Assembly: GCF_009914755.1 (NCBI RefSeq)
Contig: NC_060927.1
Length of the DNA stretch: 64,000 nucleotides
Source: the human T2T-CHM13v2.0 reference genome, Homo sapiens
Direction: 5' to 3' (one strand)
Part shown: positions 1 to 11,682 of the stretch, piece after piece
Numbering within the stretch: position 1 is the first letter of the stretch
Layout of the letters: each line of letters starts with the position of its first letter
Notes under the pieces: model-generated
Databases searched by the model: none
What the model saw: only the letters and a program-made list of their open reading frames with translations
Told to the model about the DNA's origin: nothing
Program-made: the position numbers and the translations under genes

Positions 1-118
1 CTACTAATGTCGAATTTAGAAAATACTGATTCTTTAATATAAGGTATCCATAGATAACTATTTTTTTTCTAAAGGTATGTCAGCAATATTTGCATCTTCA
101 AGGAACACACTATCTACT

Positions 119-156
119 ACACACACACACACACACACACACAACACTCACACACA
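119..156. repeat. (CA)n microsatellite
   Basis: Direct reading. Confidence 0.9.
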
Positions 157-160
157 TGTA

Positions 161-815
161 CAGTCAAGCCTTATTTGTGGATTGCATATCTGTGAAATTG
201 CCTACTCACTAAAATTTACCTGTAACTCCAAAATCAGTACTTGTTGCACTTTCACTGCCATTTGAGGACATGCAGTTTCTTGCACCCAACCTCATCCCAG
301 CTGAAGTTGGACAGGAACAAACCCTGCCTGCTTGTTCAGTTCTCATTCCCTAAACAAGCATTCTTTTTATTGTCTATTTAGTGCCACATCTTTTTATTTT
401 TGCATTTTTGTGCTTTTGGTGATTTCTCTGTTTTAAATGGCCCCAAGTATAGTGCTGAGGCACTGAAGTGCTATCTAGTGTTTCCAAGCAGAAGAAGCCT
501 GTAATGTACCTTATGAAGAAAATGACATAATTTCAAGTGTTAAATAAGCTTTATTTATCTAACATGAATATGAGGCATGAGTTATAGTGCTGTTGGCTGT
601 GAATTCAATGTTAATGAATCAACTATATGTATTAAATAAGGTTTATTTAAATAGAAACACACATAAAACAAGGTTATATGTTGATTACTTAATGAAAATG
701 TTATGACCAAAGGTTCACAGGAAACTAACTCTGTATTTCCCACGGGGAAATTAGTGAATGGTTTAGTATTCACTAACTCAGTGTTTATGGAGACTTTATA
801 GAAAATAACTACCAG
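161..815 (+). mobile_element. MER82-like Tc1/mariner (Tigger) DNA transposon
   Basis: Starts TA|CAGTC...TTATTTGTGGATT...CCTACTCACTAAAATTT and ends ...GACTTTATAGAAAATAACTACC, matching remembered MER82 termini; length ~650 bp. Confidence 0.75.
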
Positions 816-1071
816 AAAAAAATACATATATAACATATATTATAATTAATACAATAATATGTATACACACACAAAGACACACATACACAAACTATGATCT
901 CATTTTAAATATATTCATAAAAATACTTGATATTAAATAGAAGTCTTTACTGATGTATATTTTTACACTATATATGTACCAATGTCAGGCTTATGTTCAT
1001 TACTTTTATAAAAGCTGTTAACATTTCCATTGCAGAGGAATTCTCTCTAAACCATAAAACTATATCAAGTT

Positions 1072-1732
<661 letters not shown>

Positions 1733-2713
1733 AAATATTATTTTATTGTACATTTTTCTAATATATATATCATGACCACTACCAAAATACACATGAAACT
1801 CAAAGGTGGAGAGTTTTTTTAAGCAAGGACATCTGAATACATAGATACATGTCGTTATGATGTGGGTGAATTTTCACACAGAAAATAGAAGTATGCAGAA
1901 GTCAAATGTATTTTTAGTAAACAACTTTAATTTCCATCCTTACCTACAAACTGCTTGTTGGGCAACAGCTTAATATTGCTATTCTTAAGTAAACTCAGTC
2001 ACTTCAGGATATAAACTTGGTAGATTTAGAATTTAAGCTCTGTCAACTTAAGGAAAACATGTTTTTATCCTTCTTTTGCTCTTTAGGATTATATCTAAGT
2101 TCTGTGAGGACATGGCATCAGTCCGAAGGCGGCTTTTTGATCTCTGTAATATTGTCACCCCCAAGTCATTAATCAGATCACTACTTCTCCATATTTTTGT
2201 GCTGGTGTTCACTACTAACACTTGTGGTCCAACCACGATCTCTGGCTGCATCTTTATCCTGTGCATCCTTATCTTCTAAATCCTAAAGTCCTTTTGGTTT
2301 TGTTGTGCCCTTTCAGCTCTTGGGATACAGAAAGTCTCGGCTACTTTCTTTTGCCCCAGGCTCGACTATATGGACTTCATCAAGCTGCTATGCAAACACA
2401 TTTGCAGATCAGTTCTTGTTATTCTATAAGGCCAAAGTGTCCCTGAATTCTGCTCTAGTTATCCAGACACTAGCCTGCCATGAAGTCTATAAGAAATAGA
2501 GTGGCATAAATAAGAAAGAATGATAATACCATGTGTCAGTAAGGATGTGAAATAACTAGAATTCTCATACTTTCCTGGTGGGAATGCAAAATGGCTCAGT
2601 CCCATTGGAAACATTTTGGCAGTTTCTTGTTAAAATAACTATAGATTTATTATACAACTCACCATTTGCATATCTAAGTATTATTCCAAGAGAAATAAAA
2701 AGTTATCTAATGA

Positions 2714-4826
2714 GGCCGCAGACCCTGCCCAGCAGCCAGCACCTGGCACAGGCCCTGCAGCCGAGCTGTACAGTGGCACCATGCAGGTCACCCTGAAGAC
2801 CCTCCAGCCGCAGACCTTGACCTGCAAGATAGACATTGACCCCGAGGAGACAGTGAAAGCACTGAAAGAGAAGACGGAATCTGAAAAGGGGAAAGTTGCC
2901 TCTCTGGTAGCAGGTCAAACATTAATTTATGCAGGCAAAATCCTCAATGATGATACTGCTCTCAAAGAATATAAAATTGATGAGAAAAACTTTGTGGTGG
3001 TTATGGTGACCGAACCCAAAGCAGTGTCCACACCAGCACTAGCTACAACTCAGCAGTCAGCTCCTGCCAGCACTACAGCAGTTACTTCCTCCACAACAAC
3101 AACTGTGGCTCAGGCTCCAACCCCTGTCCCTGCTTTGGCTCCCCCTTTCACACCTGCATTCATCACTCCAGTATCAGTGACAGTGTCCTCTGAACCTGCA
3201 ACTGCTAGTGCAACTAAACAAGAGAAACCTGCAGAAAAGCCAGCAGAGACACCAGTGGCTACTAGCCTGACATCAACTCATAGTACATCAGGAGATTCTT
3301 CTTGGTCAAACCTTTTTGAAGATGCAACGAGTGCACTTGTGATGGGTCAGTCTTACGATAATATGGTAACTGAGATCATGTCAATGGGCTATGAACGAGA
3401 GCAAGTAATTGCAGCCCCAAGAGCCAGTTCCAACAACCCTGACAGGGCAGTGGAGTACCTTTTAATGGGAATCCCTGGAGATAAAGTCAGGTTGTGGTTG
3501 ACCCCCACCAAGCAGCTAGTACTGGGGCTCCTCAGTCTTCAACAGTGGCTGCAGCTGCAGCAACTACGACAGCAACAACTACAGCAAGTTCTGGAACATC
3601 CCCTTGAATTTTTATGGAATCAGCCTCAGTTTCAACAGATGAGACAAATTATTCAACAGAGTCCTTCCCTTCTTCCAGTGTTACTACAGTAGATAGATTG
3701 AGAGAATCCTCAATTACTTCAGCAAATTAGCCAACACCAGGAGCATTTTATTCAGATGTTAAATGAAACAGTTTGAGAAGCTGGTGGTCAAAGAGGAAGA
3801 GGTGGAGGTGTCAGTGGAGGAATTGCAGAAGCTGGAAATGGTCTTATGAACTACATTCAAGTAATGCCTCAGGAAAAAGAAGCTACAGAAAGGTTAAAGG
3901 CATTAGGATTTCCTGAAGGACTTGTGATACAAGCATATTTTGCTTGTGAGAAGAATAAGAATTTGGGTGCCGATTTTCTTCTACAGCAGAACTTTGATGA
4001 AGATTGAAAGGGAGTTTTTTATATCTCACACTTCGCACTAGTGCATTACACCAGCTTGTTCACTGGATTGTCTGGGATGACTTGGGCTCATATCCACAAT
4101 ACTTGGTATAAGGTAGTAGACGGTTGGGGGTGGGGAAGGAGGGATCTAGGATATAGGACAGGGATAAATACAGTGCATATCTGCTTCAATTAGCAGATGC
4201 TGCAACTCCACACAGTACGTAAAATATTATATACAACCAAAAATCAGCTTTTGCAGGTATTTATTTCTTCTGTAAAACAGTAGATAACTTTTCCTTGGTT
4301 TCACTTGGTTTCCTTGGTTTTTATAGTGTACTAGATCCAGAAACTTAATATAATGCCCTGCTTTATATTTCTTTGACTTAACATTGGTTTCAGAAAGAAT
4401 CTTAGCTACCTAGAATTTACAGTTTCTGTTTCATGGCAACACTGGATTATGACTTTGTGAAATGTAAAAGAATTTTGTAGTGACTGTAAACAGAAATGCC
4501 AACTTATTGATAGTTAATTGTTGCCGCTTCAAAAATAAGTATAAAATTAATGTGTAAAGAAGCCCATTCTTTCATGTTAAATACTTGGGGTGGGAAGGGA
4601 GAAAGGGAACCTTTTCTGAAAATGAAAATAATTACTGCTATTTTAAAATTTCTTGATCATTGAATGTGAGACCCTTCTAACGTGATGTGAGAAGCGGTAC
4701 AAGTATAGGCAGAGTTATCTTCCTATTTACATTTTTTTTTGTTTTGGGAAAAAATTAGTAGGTGTCTAATTACTGTTTACTTCATTGTTACATTGCAGTA
4801 AAAGTTTTAAAACAAAACAGACAAAC
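2714..4826 (+). pseudogene. RAD23B: Processed (retro)pseudogene of RAD23B (UV excision repair protein RAD23 homolog B); possibly RAD23BP1, copy identity not verifiable here
   Basis: The ORF from 2781 reads MQVTLKTLQ...[16 protein letters not shown]...[29 protein letters not shown] (UBL) and [18 protein letters not shown]...[15 protein letters not shown] (UBA1). It continues with [20 protein letters not shown] (XPC-binding) and, in frame past the stops, ...[21 protein letters not shown]...LLQQNFDED* (TGA 4005-4007). The copy is intronless, with in-frame stops at 3690, 3699 and 3774, AGTAAA at 4797-4802 and an A-rich tail at ~4809-4826. TSD AAAAGTTATCTAA(T/C)GA is at 2698-2713 and 4827-4842. 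Confidence 0.97.
2781..3692 (+). other. Residual 303-aa ORF of the RAD23B retrocopy (UBL + UBA1 + frameshifted linker + partial XPC-binding domain); probably not functional
   Basis: ORF track. Kozak context GGCACCATG. Ends at a CAG>TAG nonsense codon at 3690-3692. Confidence 0.6.
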
Positions 4827-6019
4827 AAAAGTTATCTAACGAAGACATGTTTACAACTGTTCAGGAAACTTTATTCATAATTACCCCCAAATTGAAATAA
4901 CCTAAATATCAACTGATAAATGGATAAAGAAACCATGCTATAGCTATATAATGTAATACTACTCAGCAATAAAAAAGAATGAAATGCTGATACAAGCAAT
5001 AGTATAGATGGCTCTCAAAAACACTAGACTGTGCAAAAGTAGTCAGATCAAAAAAAGTACATACCAAATGATTCCATTTATATAAAACTAGAAAGAACAA
5101 GTCTAATTTACATGGACGGAAAGCAAACCGTTGACTCTCTGGGGCTGGAGGTGTTGATGGGGTTGGCTCGGAAAAAGGTAGGGAAGCTTTCTGGGATGAT
5201 GAAAATGTTCTATATCTTCATTTGATGATGGTTGCATGAGTTAATAAATTAGCCAAAACTCATCAAAATGTACACTTCAAATGGGTACATTTGGTGTATG
5301 TTAATTACATATCAATAGAGTTGATTTTAAAATAATCTAGAAGCTCAATTTACTTCTTTATTCTCTTTGGACTCTTTTGGTCCTCCCATGGGAAACAAAA
5401 AATGCATGAATGCCTTTGACTTTTGTGATCAGGAGCAAAGTTGCAGAATCTACACAGGAAAACCTAAGTTAATATCTCCAAATTTCATATGCTTTATTCT
5501 GATGAAAGTGAGAGGTGATATAAGGAGAGACCATTTTGCAAGTATAAGATATAATGTAATAGGTCCAAATAGAGACACTCATTAATCTTCCCAATATGCC
5601 AAAGAGTGTTAAGTGTTGAGAGTCCATCCAAGAGTAAGACATTTGACTGAATGCATCTGAGTATAGGAACCTTGCCTGTCTGTTCTATGTTGCATTCCCA
5701 GTGCCTAGCACTGTATGCCTGCTACATGCTTATTGAATTGTTGAATGAAGACATGCTTACTTTTATCATAGATGTTAAAATCTAGTGCAAGTGGCAGGCA
5801 GAGATTCATGTAATTTTAATAGACAGATAATTGCTGGGTGATGACACATTCAGTGCTATGAGAATAGAGAGGAGGAACAATTAGCCCAAACTGAAGTTTC
5901 TGGAAAGTCCTTATGAAGGAGATGTATCCATGCTGAGAAAAGTGAATTTGAGCAAAACAAGAGAAAAGGTGTAATATGTCAGACAGAAAAATATAGTCTA
6001 TATAGGGGCATGGAGATTT

Positions 6020-6591
6020 GCTAATTCATTCAAAGAATATTCAGTGCAGCACTCTTATGTGCTAAGTACTGCTGTAGGGGCAGAAGACTGAAGATGACTA
6101 AGAAAATAATCCCTGTCCTCATAAATTTTATATGCTAATGGAGGAGGCAGATAATTTTTTAAAATACCCGCTTAATTTAGAATTGTGCTGAAAATAGAGA
6201 AATAAAGGTAGTAAAGAGAAAATAAAGCAGAGTATTGGCCATAGAAAGTGATGGGGGAGGTGGGTGTTCTATTTTATGTAAGATTGTCACAGAAGGAATC
6301 TGAAGGAAGTTAGAGAGTGAGCCATGTGCATATGGAGGGGAAGAGCTTTTAAGGCAGAGAGAACAGTCTGTGACAAAGCCGTGAATGAGGGCTTGCTTGG
6401 CATGCTCAAGGAGAAGTAGGGAGGCTAGTGTGGTGGAGGAGAGTGAGCAGAAGGGACAGAGGAGAGATGAAATCTGATGTTCGTGGTGGTAGATGGTGAA
6501 CCATTGTAAAGAATTTGGATTATACTTAAGTGAAATGAGAAAACATTGGATAAGTAACATGATATGGCTGCCATTTAAAAGTATTGCTCTG
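6020..6591 (-). mobile_element. L2 3' region
   Basis: ATTCATTCAAAG...CTTATGTGCTAAGTACTG...CCCTGTCCTCAT and GAGTGAGCCATGTGCATATGGAGGGGAAGAGC are typical of antisense L2. Confidence 0.75.
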
Positions 6592-6727
6592 GGCTGGGCA
6601 CGGTGGCTCACACCTGTGATCCCAGAACTTTGGAAGGCCAAGGCCTTGAACTCCTGGCCTCATGATATCCTTTAGCTTCAGCCTCTGAAAGCTCTGGGAT
6701 TACAGGTGTGAACCACCATGCCTGGCT
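6592..6727. mobile_element. Two fused, oppositely oriented Alu 5' ends (+ 6592-6644; - 6645-6727)
   Basis: GGCTGGGCACGGTGGCTCACACCTGTGATCCCAG...AAGGC joined directly to CTTGAACTCCTGGCCTC...GGGATTACAGGTGTGAACCACCATGCCTGGC. Confidence 0.9.
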
Positions 6728-7039
6728 TCAGAAAACTCTTATACATTGACATTTGTATAGTTCTTCGGCCGTCATTGGGGTTTTAAAGTCATAATTAGTA
6801 CACTGCACAACTGGACATAATGATTTTGGAGTTTCCAGCAAATGGTTGGTAGTGCTGATAATCTGAGAAAAACCAGAAGGGGAAAAAATAGAGGCAAGGT
6901 TGAAATCTGGAAAACACCAGTATTTGAGAGCCAGACAGAGCAGGAAGAGTTCATGAAGGAGATGAAGATGGAATGGTCAGAAAGAGAAGAGAAGAATCAC
7001 AGGGAGAGTGGCAATATGTCCTACAAAGCCCAACAAAAG

Positions 7040-7515
7040 CTGATCCCTCTCTGCTTTCCTAGGCGCTTCTATCACTCCCTCTCTAGATCACTCAGATTAG
7101 GCAACACTGATCTCCTTGACAAAAAGCATGATTGATCCTATCTCTGAGCCTTTGCATTTGCAGTTCTCTTTTTTTTCAGGTCATTACAAGATGATCATTA
7201 TATGATTCATTATAATCCTTCAAGTCTCCGCTCACAAGACATCTCTTCAGAGGAGACTTTCCTGATATCCCTAAATTAAAACAGCCTTTACATATTATCC
7301 TATTATAGTATAGCATTCTATTTTACTTTCTTCCTAGCACCGATCACAATCTGAACTTATTTAATTCATATATTATTTTTAAAAAACTAAATTTCTGCAC
7401 TGGATTGTAGACTCAATGTGAGCCAAAACTTTGTCTTTCTTCTTTACATAATTTTTCTCAGGGCCTAGGACCTTAAATCCCACATAGTGGGTGGTCAATA
7501 ATTATTTATTGAATG
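7040..7515 (+). mobile_element. L2 3' end
   Basis: GAGCCTTTGCATTTGCAGTTC...CAGAGGAGACTTTCCTGA...CACATAGTGGGTGGTCAATAATTATTTATTGAATG. Confidence 0.75.
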
Positions 7516-10500
7516 TTTCTAGTCAAGGAGCAAAGTGCAAAGAGAGCGCTAAGAAGAATAAATGGAAGCAATATCAATACAGGAGAAAGGTTTAATGAAA
7601 TTAAGAGGTTTCCATTGGATTTGACACAGTCCCTGTCCTCAAACAGCTTTGGCTGATGGCACTAAGCATAGCTCCTGGAAATATACAAAGCATTTCAAAG
7701 CAGCATACTGCAATATGATGAAAATGTTACACAAGTGTGGAGGTAGCAAATGAGTGACATTATAAATACTTTTTAATTTACTCCCAGCGTAATAGCCCAG
7801 AGATTTACTCTGCTCTGGTCTTAAGCCACCCACTCATTGCTGTGGGAGTGAGGAAAATGGCACTATTACTGAACCGTGTTTGAAGCCATGCCATTGGTGC
7901 CTGTTGGCTTGCAAATATTTCAGTCATGTCTTTGTTTTTAAGAGGCTGAAGTGCAACTGTTTCAGATTTTATTACTCTAAAGTTTGTGTTGGCTATTGAT
8001 CATATTTGTCAGTTGTAAAATTTTGATCAGCTTCATTTTTGAAAGAGATCACTCACAGAAATTTGTGATCATCAATATGAAAGAAAAGTTTATGCATTAG
8101 AAACAGTCACTTGAACATTATTCATCTGGATAATAGGTTTTGATTACTTATACATGTCAGTTTTTTATAGAGCTTAACAGATACACCGTCTGTCTTTATA
8201 AATTATTTAATGTTCAGATTTTGCATATGGTTGACTCTGCATGGGCAGAGGTGGCGGTAGGCAAATCTGGTCTTCAATATCTTTTGCCCTTATAGGCATC
8301 TTTGAAGACATCCATTGCCTTACCTTATCCACAGTGATCTCTGTTCACAATGGCTGTGACATTGTCCCATCTGGACTGCAGCTGTTAGTCCACTTGGGTC
8401 ACCATGGAGATATGCCTTATTCCAGTAAGCACAATCACTTCGGGTTCAGTGGTTCTCTTGCTATGTCTGAGCCACACTTAACGAAAGTCAGTTATCTTCC
8501 TTTTCCTCTGCCACACTGAGAAGAGGGAAGTTCTGATATTGTCGAAGGCTCTATCTGCCTAAATGCACATAGCAGTCATTTTTTTTTCTCTTAGGTTTTT
8601 GCCTCCTTTGGTTCAACCTAGATTCCACACACATCTCAGGCAATTGGCCCTTGCCTTGGACTTGGTCTAGAAGCATGGACAATGCCCCTCCCTTGTAGAC
8701 ACGCCGAGGTCTATGTTTGCGTTGCAATTTTTTTTTTTTTTTTTTTGCTTTGACTTCTAGCGACATGCAGGGATTATTGTTTTCTAAATTGGCCATGGAA
8801 ACCTAGCGAAAGCTGTGCACTTCATCATATTTTATCCTAAATTATTTGCTATATTATGAATCTTATATAGAAGACTCCTTTCTACTCTTTTGCCTCATTG
8901 TTTAGAATTCTGAATTCAAAACCCAAGAAGTGATTACTTTTTTCCTGTGTTCTATGTTGTCAAATCCCTTCTCTGAAACAATCAGTTGAGAACAGCTTAG
9001 CTGACTAAGCAGAGAGTAAGCCAAAGACATGGTAAGAGACCATTCTGGGTGTGTGGGTGGGGATCACATTGGCTAACATTTTAACCTTATTATTCCATCT
9101 CTCAATTAAATTTCAACTTTTTATTTAAAAATAAGAGTTATAAGTAGCCAAATCATGTAATTTCCATTTCAGTGTCTCATGTTCTCCTATCCACGCATTA
9201 ACAGAAAGGTTAATAAGAATTGAAAAGGAAAATTAAGGAAGTAAGGCAGCAGAATAGACACTAGGGAACATTTAATTATTGGATTTTCTCTGATTCCATT
9301 ACTGAGATATTCTTTGTGTTCTTGGTACGTATTTGCAGTACTAATCTAATCTACCCCTCCCCTGCCCCACTAGAAGAAGTGATGAAGGAGTACGTGAAGT
9401 AAATAAGGACCCATGTTTGGTAAATTTCATTCCTAGTCTTCCCAGGTACCCCTCCCTGCTCCAGAGTCTGAAATCTTAACCCTCGATGCATACACATACA
9501 CATACACACATGTACATAGATACAGGTACACGTAAACTCACATGCACATATGCTTGGGAGTCATTTGAATTAGAGACTACTCTTTTAGAGTACAAAAGCT
9601 AGTCTTCATCCAATAGTAGTTTGTTTTCAAAAAAGTCTGGATTTGGAGGTTTAAGAGAAGAAGAAAACAAGAAGAAAAAGAAGAAAGAAACAGATTTTGT
9701 CAACACGAATCCAATTCTACTTTCCTGTGGTCATCGTTTCACTTCCTCCTATATCTTTAACACAAAACTAGATTATGCTATCCTTGGAAAACTTTGGAAA
9801 CTGAACTGTAAACAGTATAGAGAATTGGTAGGGAGTTAGAAAATGAAGAAAAATTAAAGGATACCAAAGAATTGGAGAATGAGGAAAAATTGTAGAATAA
9901 TGGAGAATCAGAGAATTATGAAAAGTTGCTTGGTTTTATTTTTTAGGAGATGATCTATTTCTACAAAAAAGTGCTGGAATTTGTGGTAGAGTTGGGAAAA
10001 CACCCCCCAATCCTACAGATCCAGTGTTTAGGTGTAAACACCAACCCGTGAAATTTAAGTTGGTGGCCCTTGGGAGTCATGGAAGAAATTGAGCTTTTAG
10101 AGTAAATTAGCAATTACCATGCTAACTTATTCAGAACTTAATACTGAGGTATTGTTTTTATTATTATGTTATGGCATGCTGCTTTATAATGCACTTAAAT
10201 AATCTGTGCCATCAGTGTTTTGTGTCTTTAACTATAAGCTCCTTGAGGGCAGTGGTTGTACTATTTATTTCTTAGGATCCTTCTAAAATGTTTCATATGT
10301 TTGGCTCACATAAAACACTTGAAGCATGTTAATTAATATTCCTTTAGAGTGAAACTTGTGAGCTTTCTTCTCTCCAAGTTATTTCTAATATACTTGCTAT
10401 GTCTTTCTGACTAGTTTGTAAGCTTACTGGAGGCGGGGACCAGGCCTTCCACTTAGTTTCATTTTGTCATGCCTAGCAGAGTGATAGACACAGATGAGTT

Positions 10501-10676
10501 CATTAAATACTTGTTGATGGATTGAATGATTGACTAGAAAATTGCTTGAGGTTCTAGTTCTGAAATTAAAGCTTTAGTTTGTCTGAACAAACAAGCAAAT
10601 AAAGAAAAATAGAATAGTAAAGTATCTCTAGATGTCCTAATGGTTCTGATAATTTCACTAATACAAGATCTTATAT

Positions 10677-11180
10677 GTATTAGAACTTGTTTGGTTTCTG
10701 ATAACAGAATTTCGATTCAAATTTGCTTTCCTCAAATAAATGAATGAATGAACAAATGTAACAAAATTAAATTTACCCAGTTACATAACTAACAAGTCCA
10801 TGAGCACAAGACCAGTTTCATTGTCTTCTCTGCTAGTCTCTGCTTTTCTTCTCATTGCATTTTTAGTAACACAGACTTTTCTCTCATTTGTGGCTCAGGT
10901 TTCCTTCTTACTACTCTAGAAAGTATCACGGCTGACTTTTGGTCACTCTCATGGCTTGACTCAGATTCATCTTCATGGGTTTGAATCATTATTCTGGCCA
11001 AAGGGTTGTAATATTGGCATTATCCAGGTCTGAGTCACATGTTCATCTCAGAATCAGATGGTACGTTCAATTAGACTCAGACTGACATTGGGGAAGGGAT
11101 ATTTCCCCATTACAAAATTGAGGTGTTGTTTTCAAAAGAAGGAGAATGGATGTTATATAGGCAAAAGCCACAGCTATCTC
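10677..11180. mobile_element. Old MaLR solo LTR (MLT1J/K/L-like)
   Basis: TGTATTAG...TTGGTTTCTGATAACAGAA at the start; ...AAAATTGAGGTGTTGTTTTCAAAAGAAGGAGAATGGATG near the end. Confidence 0.6.
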
Positions 11181-11499
11181 TCAGAGATCCTCTTTTTAGT
11201 TTTATCCAAAATGGAGTCAATGGTTAAAACTATTGTACTAAAAATATTTTCTTATGTAATAATTCATTTCTTCATTTTATGTTCATCAACTGTCTTTCAA
11301 GACACAATAGTGATCCAATATAATTACAGATCAACCATCCATCCAACGAACCAACACAAAACCTGGATATTGTAGGTTGCATGTATAATTCTCTTGGACT
11401 TTCTGATAAATTGGAAATAGCTTTGGGCCCTTCAACCCTGTCCCTACTTTCTCTATCATCTTAGAAGCCTGGGCTGGAAACAGCTACTAACGTTTGCTT

Positions 11500-11682
11500 T
11501 AATACAGCTTTTTAAAGACCTAACTATGCATCAGAATCACCAGCTGTTATTAGAAAATACTGATATCCAGGCTCCATGCTCAGAGGTTCTTATTTCATTA
11601 ACCTGTAGAAAGAATCAGGCATTGGAATATTTTTGAAAACACTCTAGTGAGTCTCATAGGCTGACAGGGTTGGGAACGTCTG
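11500..11682. mobile_element. MER5A/B hAT MITE
   Basis: TGCATCAGAATCACC...CAGAGGTTCTTATTTCATT...CAGGGTTGGGAAC. Confidence 0.65.

Larger units (their letters stand above)
2500..5335 (+). mobile_element. Ancient L1M (L1MB/MC/ME-type) 3' end, split by the RAD23B retrocopy (parts ~2500-2713 and 4843-5335)
   Basis: AAGGATGTGAAATAACTAGAATTCTCATAC...GGGAATGCAAAATGG...CCAAGAGAAATAAAA resumes after the second TSD as ...TTATTCATAATT...TACTACTCAGCAATAAAAAAGAATGAA...GAAAATGTTCTATATCTT. Confidence 0.85.

Noticed and set aside
2048-2266. DLGVTI motif suggesting an ancient LINE reverse-transcriptase remnant
   Set aside because: One short motif with no other RT signature; cannot be supported without a profile search.
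2781-3692. 303-aa ORF as the functional RAD23B gene
   Set aside because: It is intronless, flanked by TSD and poly(A), and has indels, three premature stops, no UBA2 and no CpG-island promoter.
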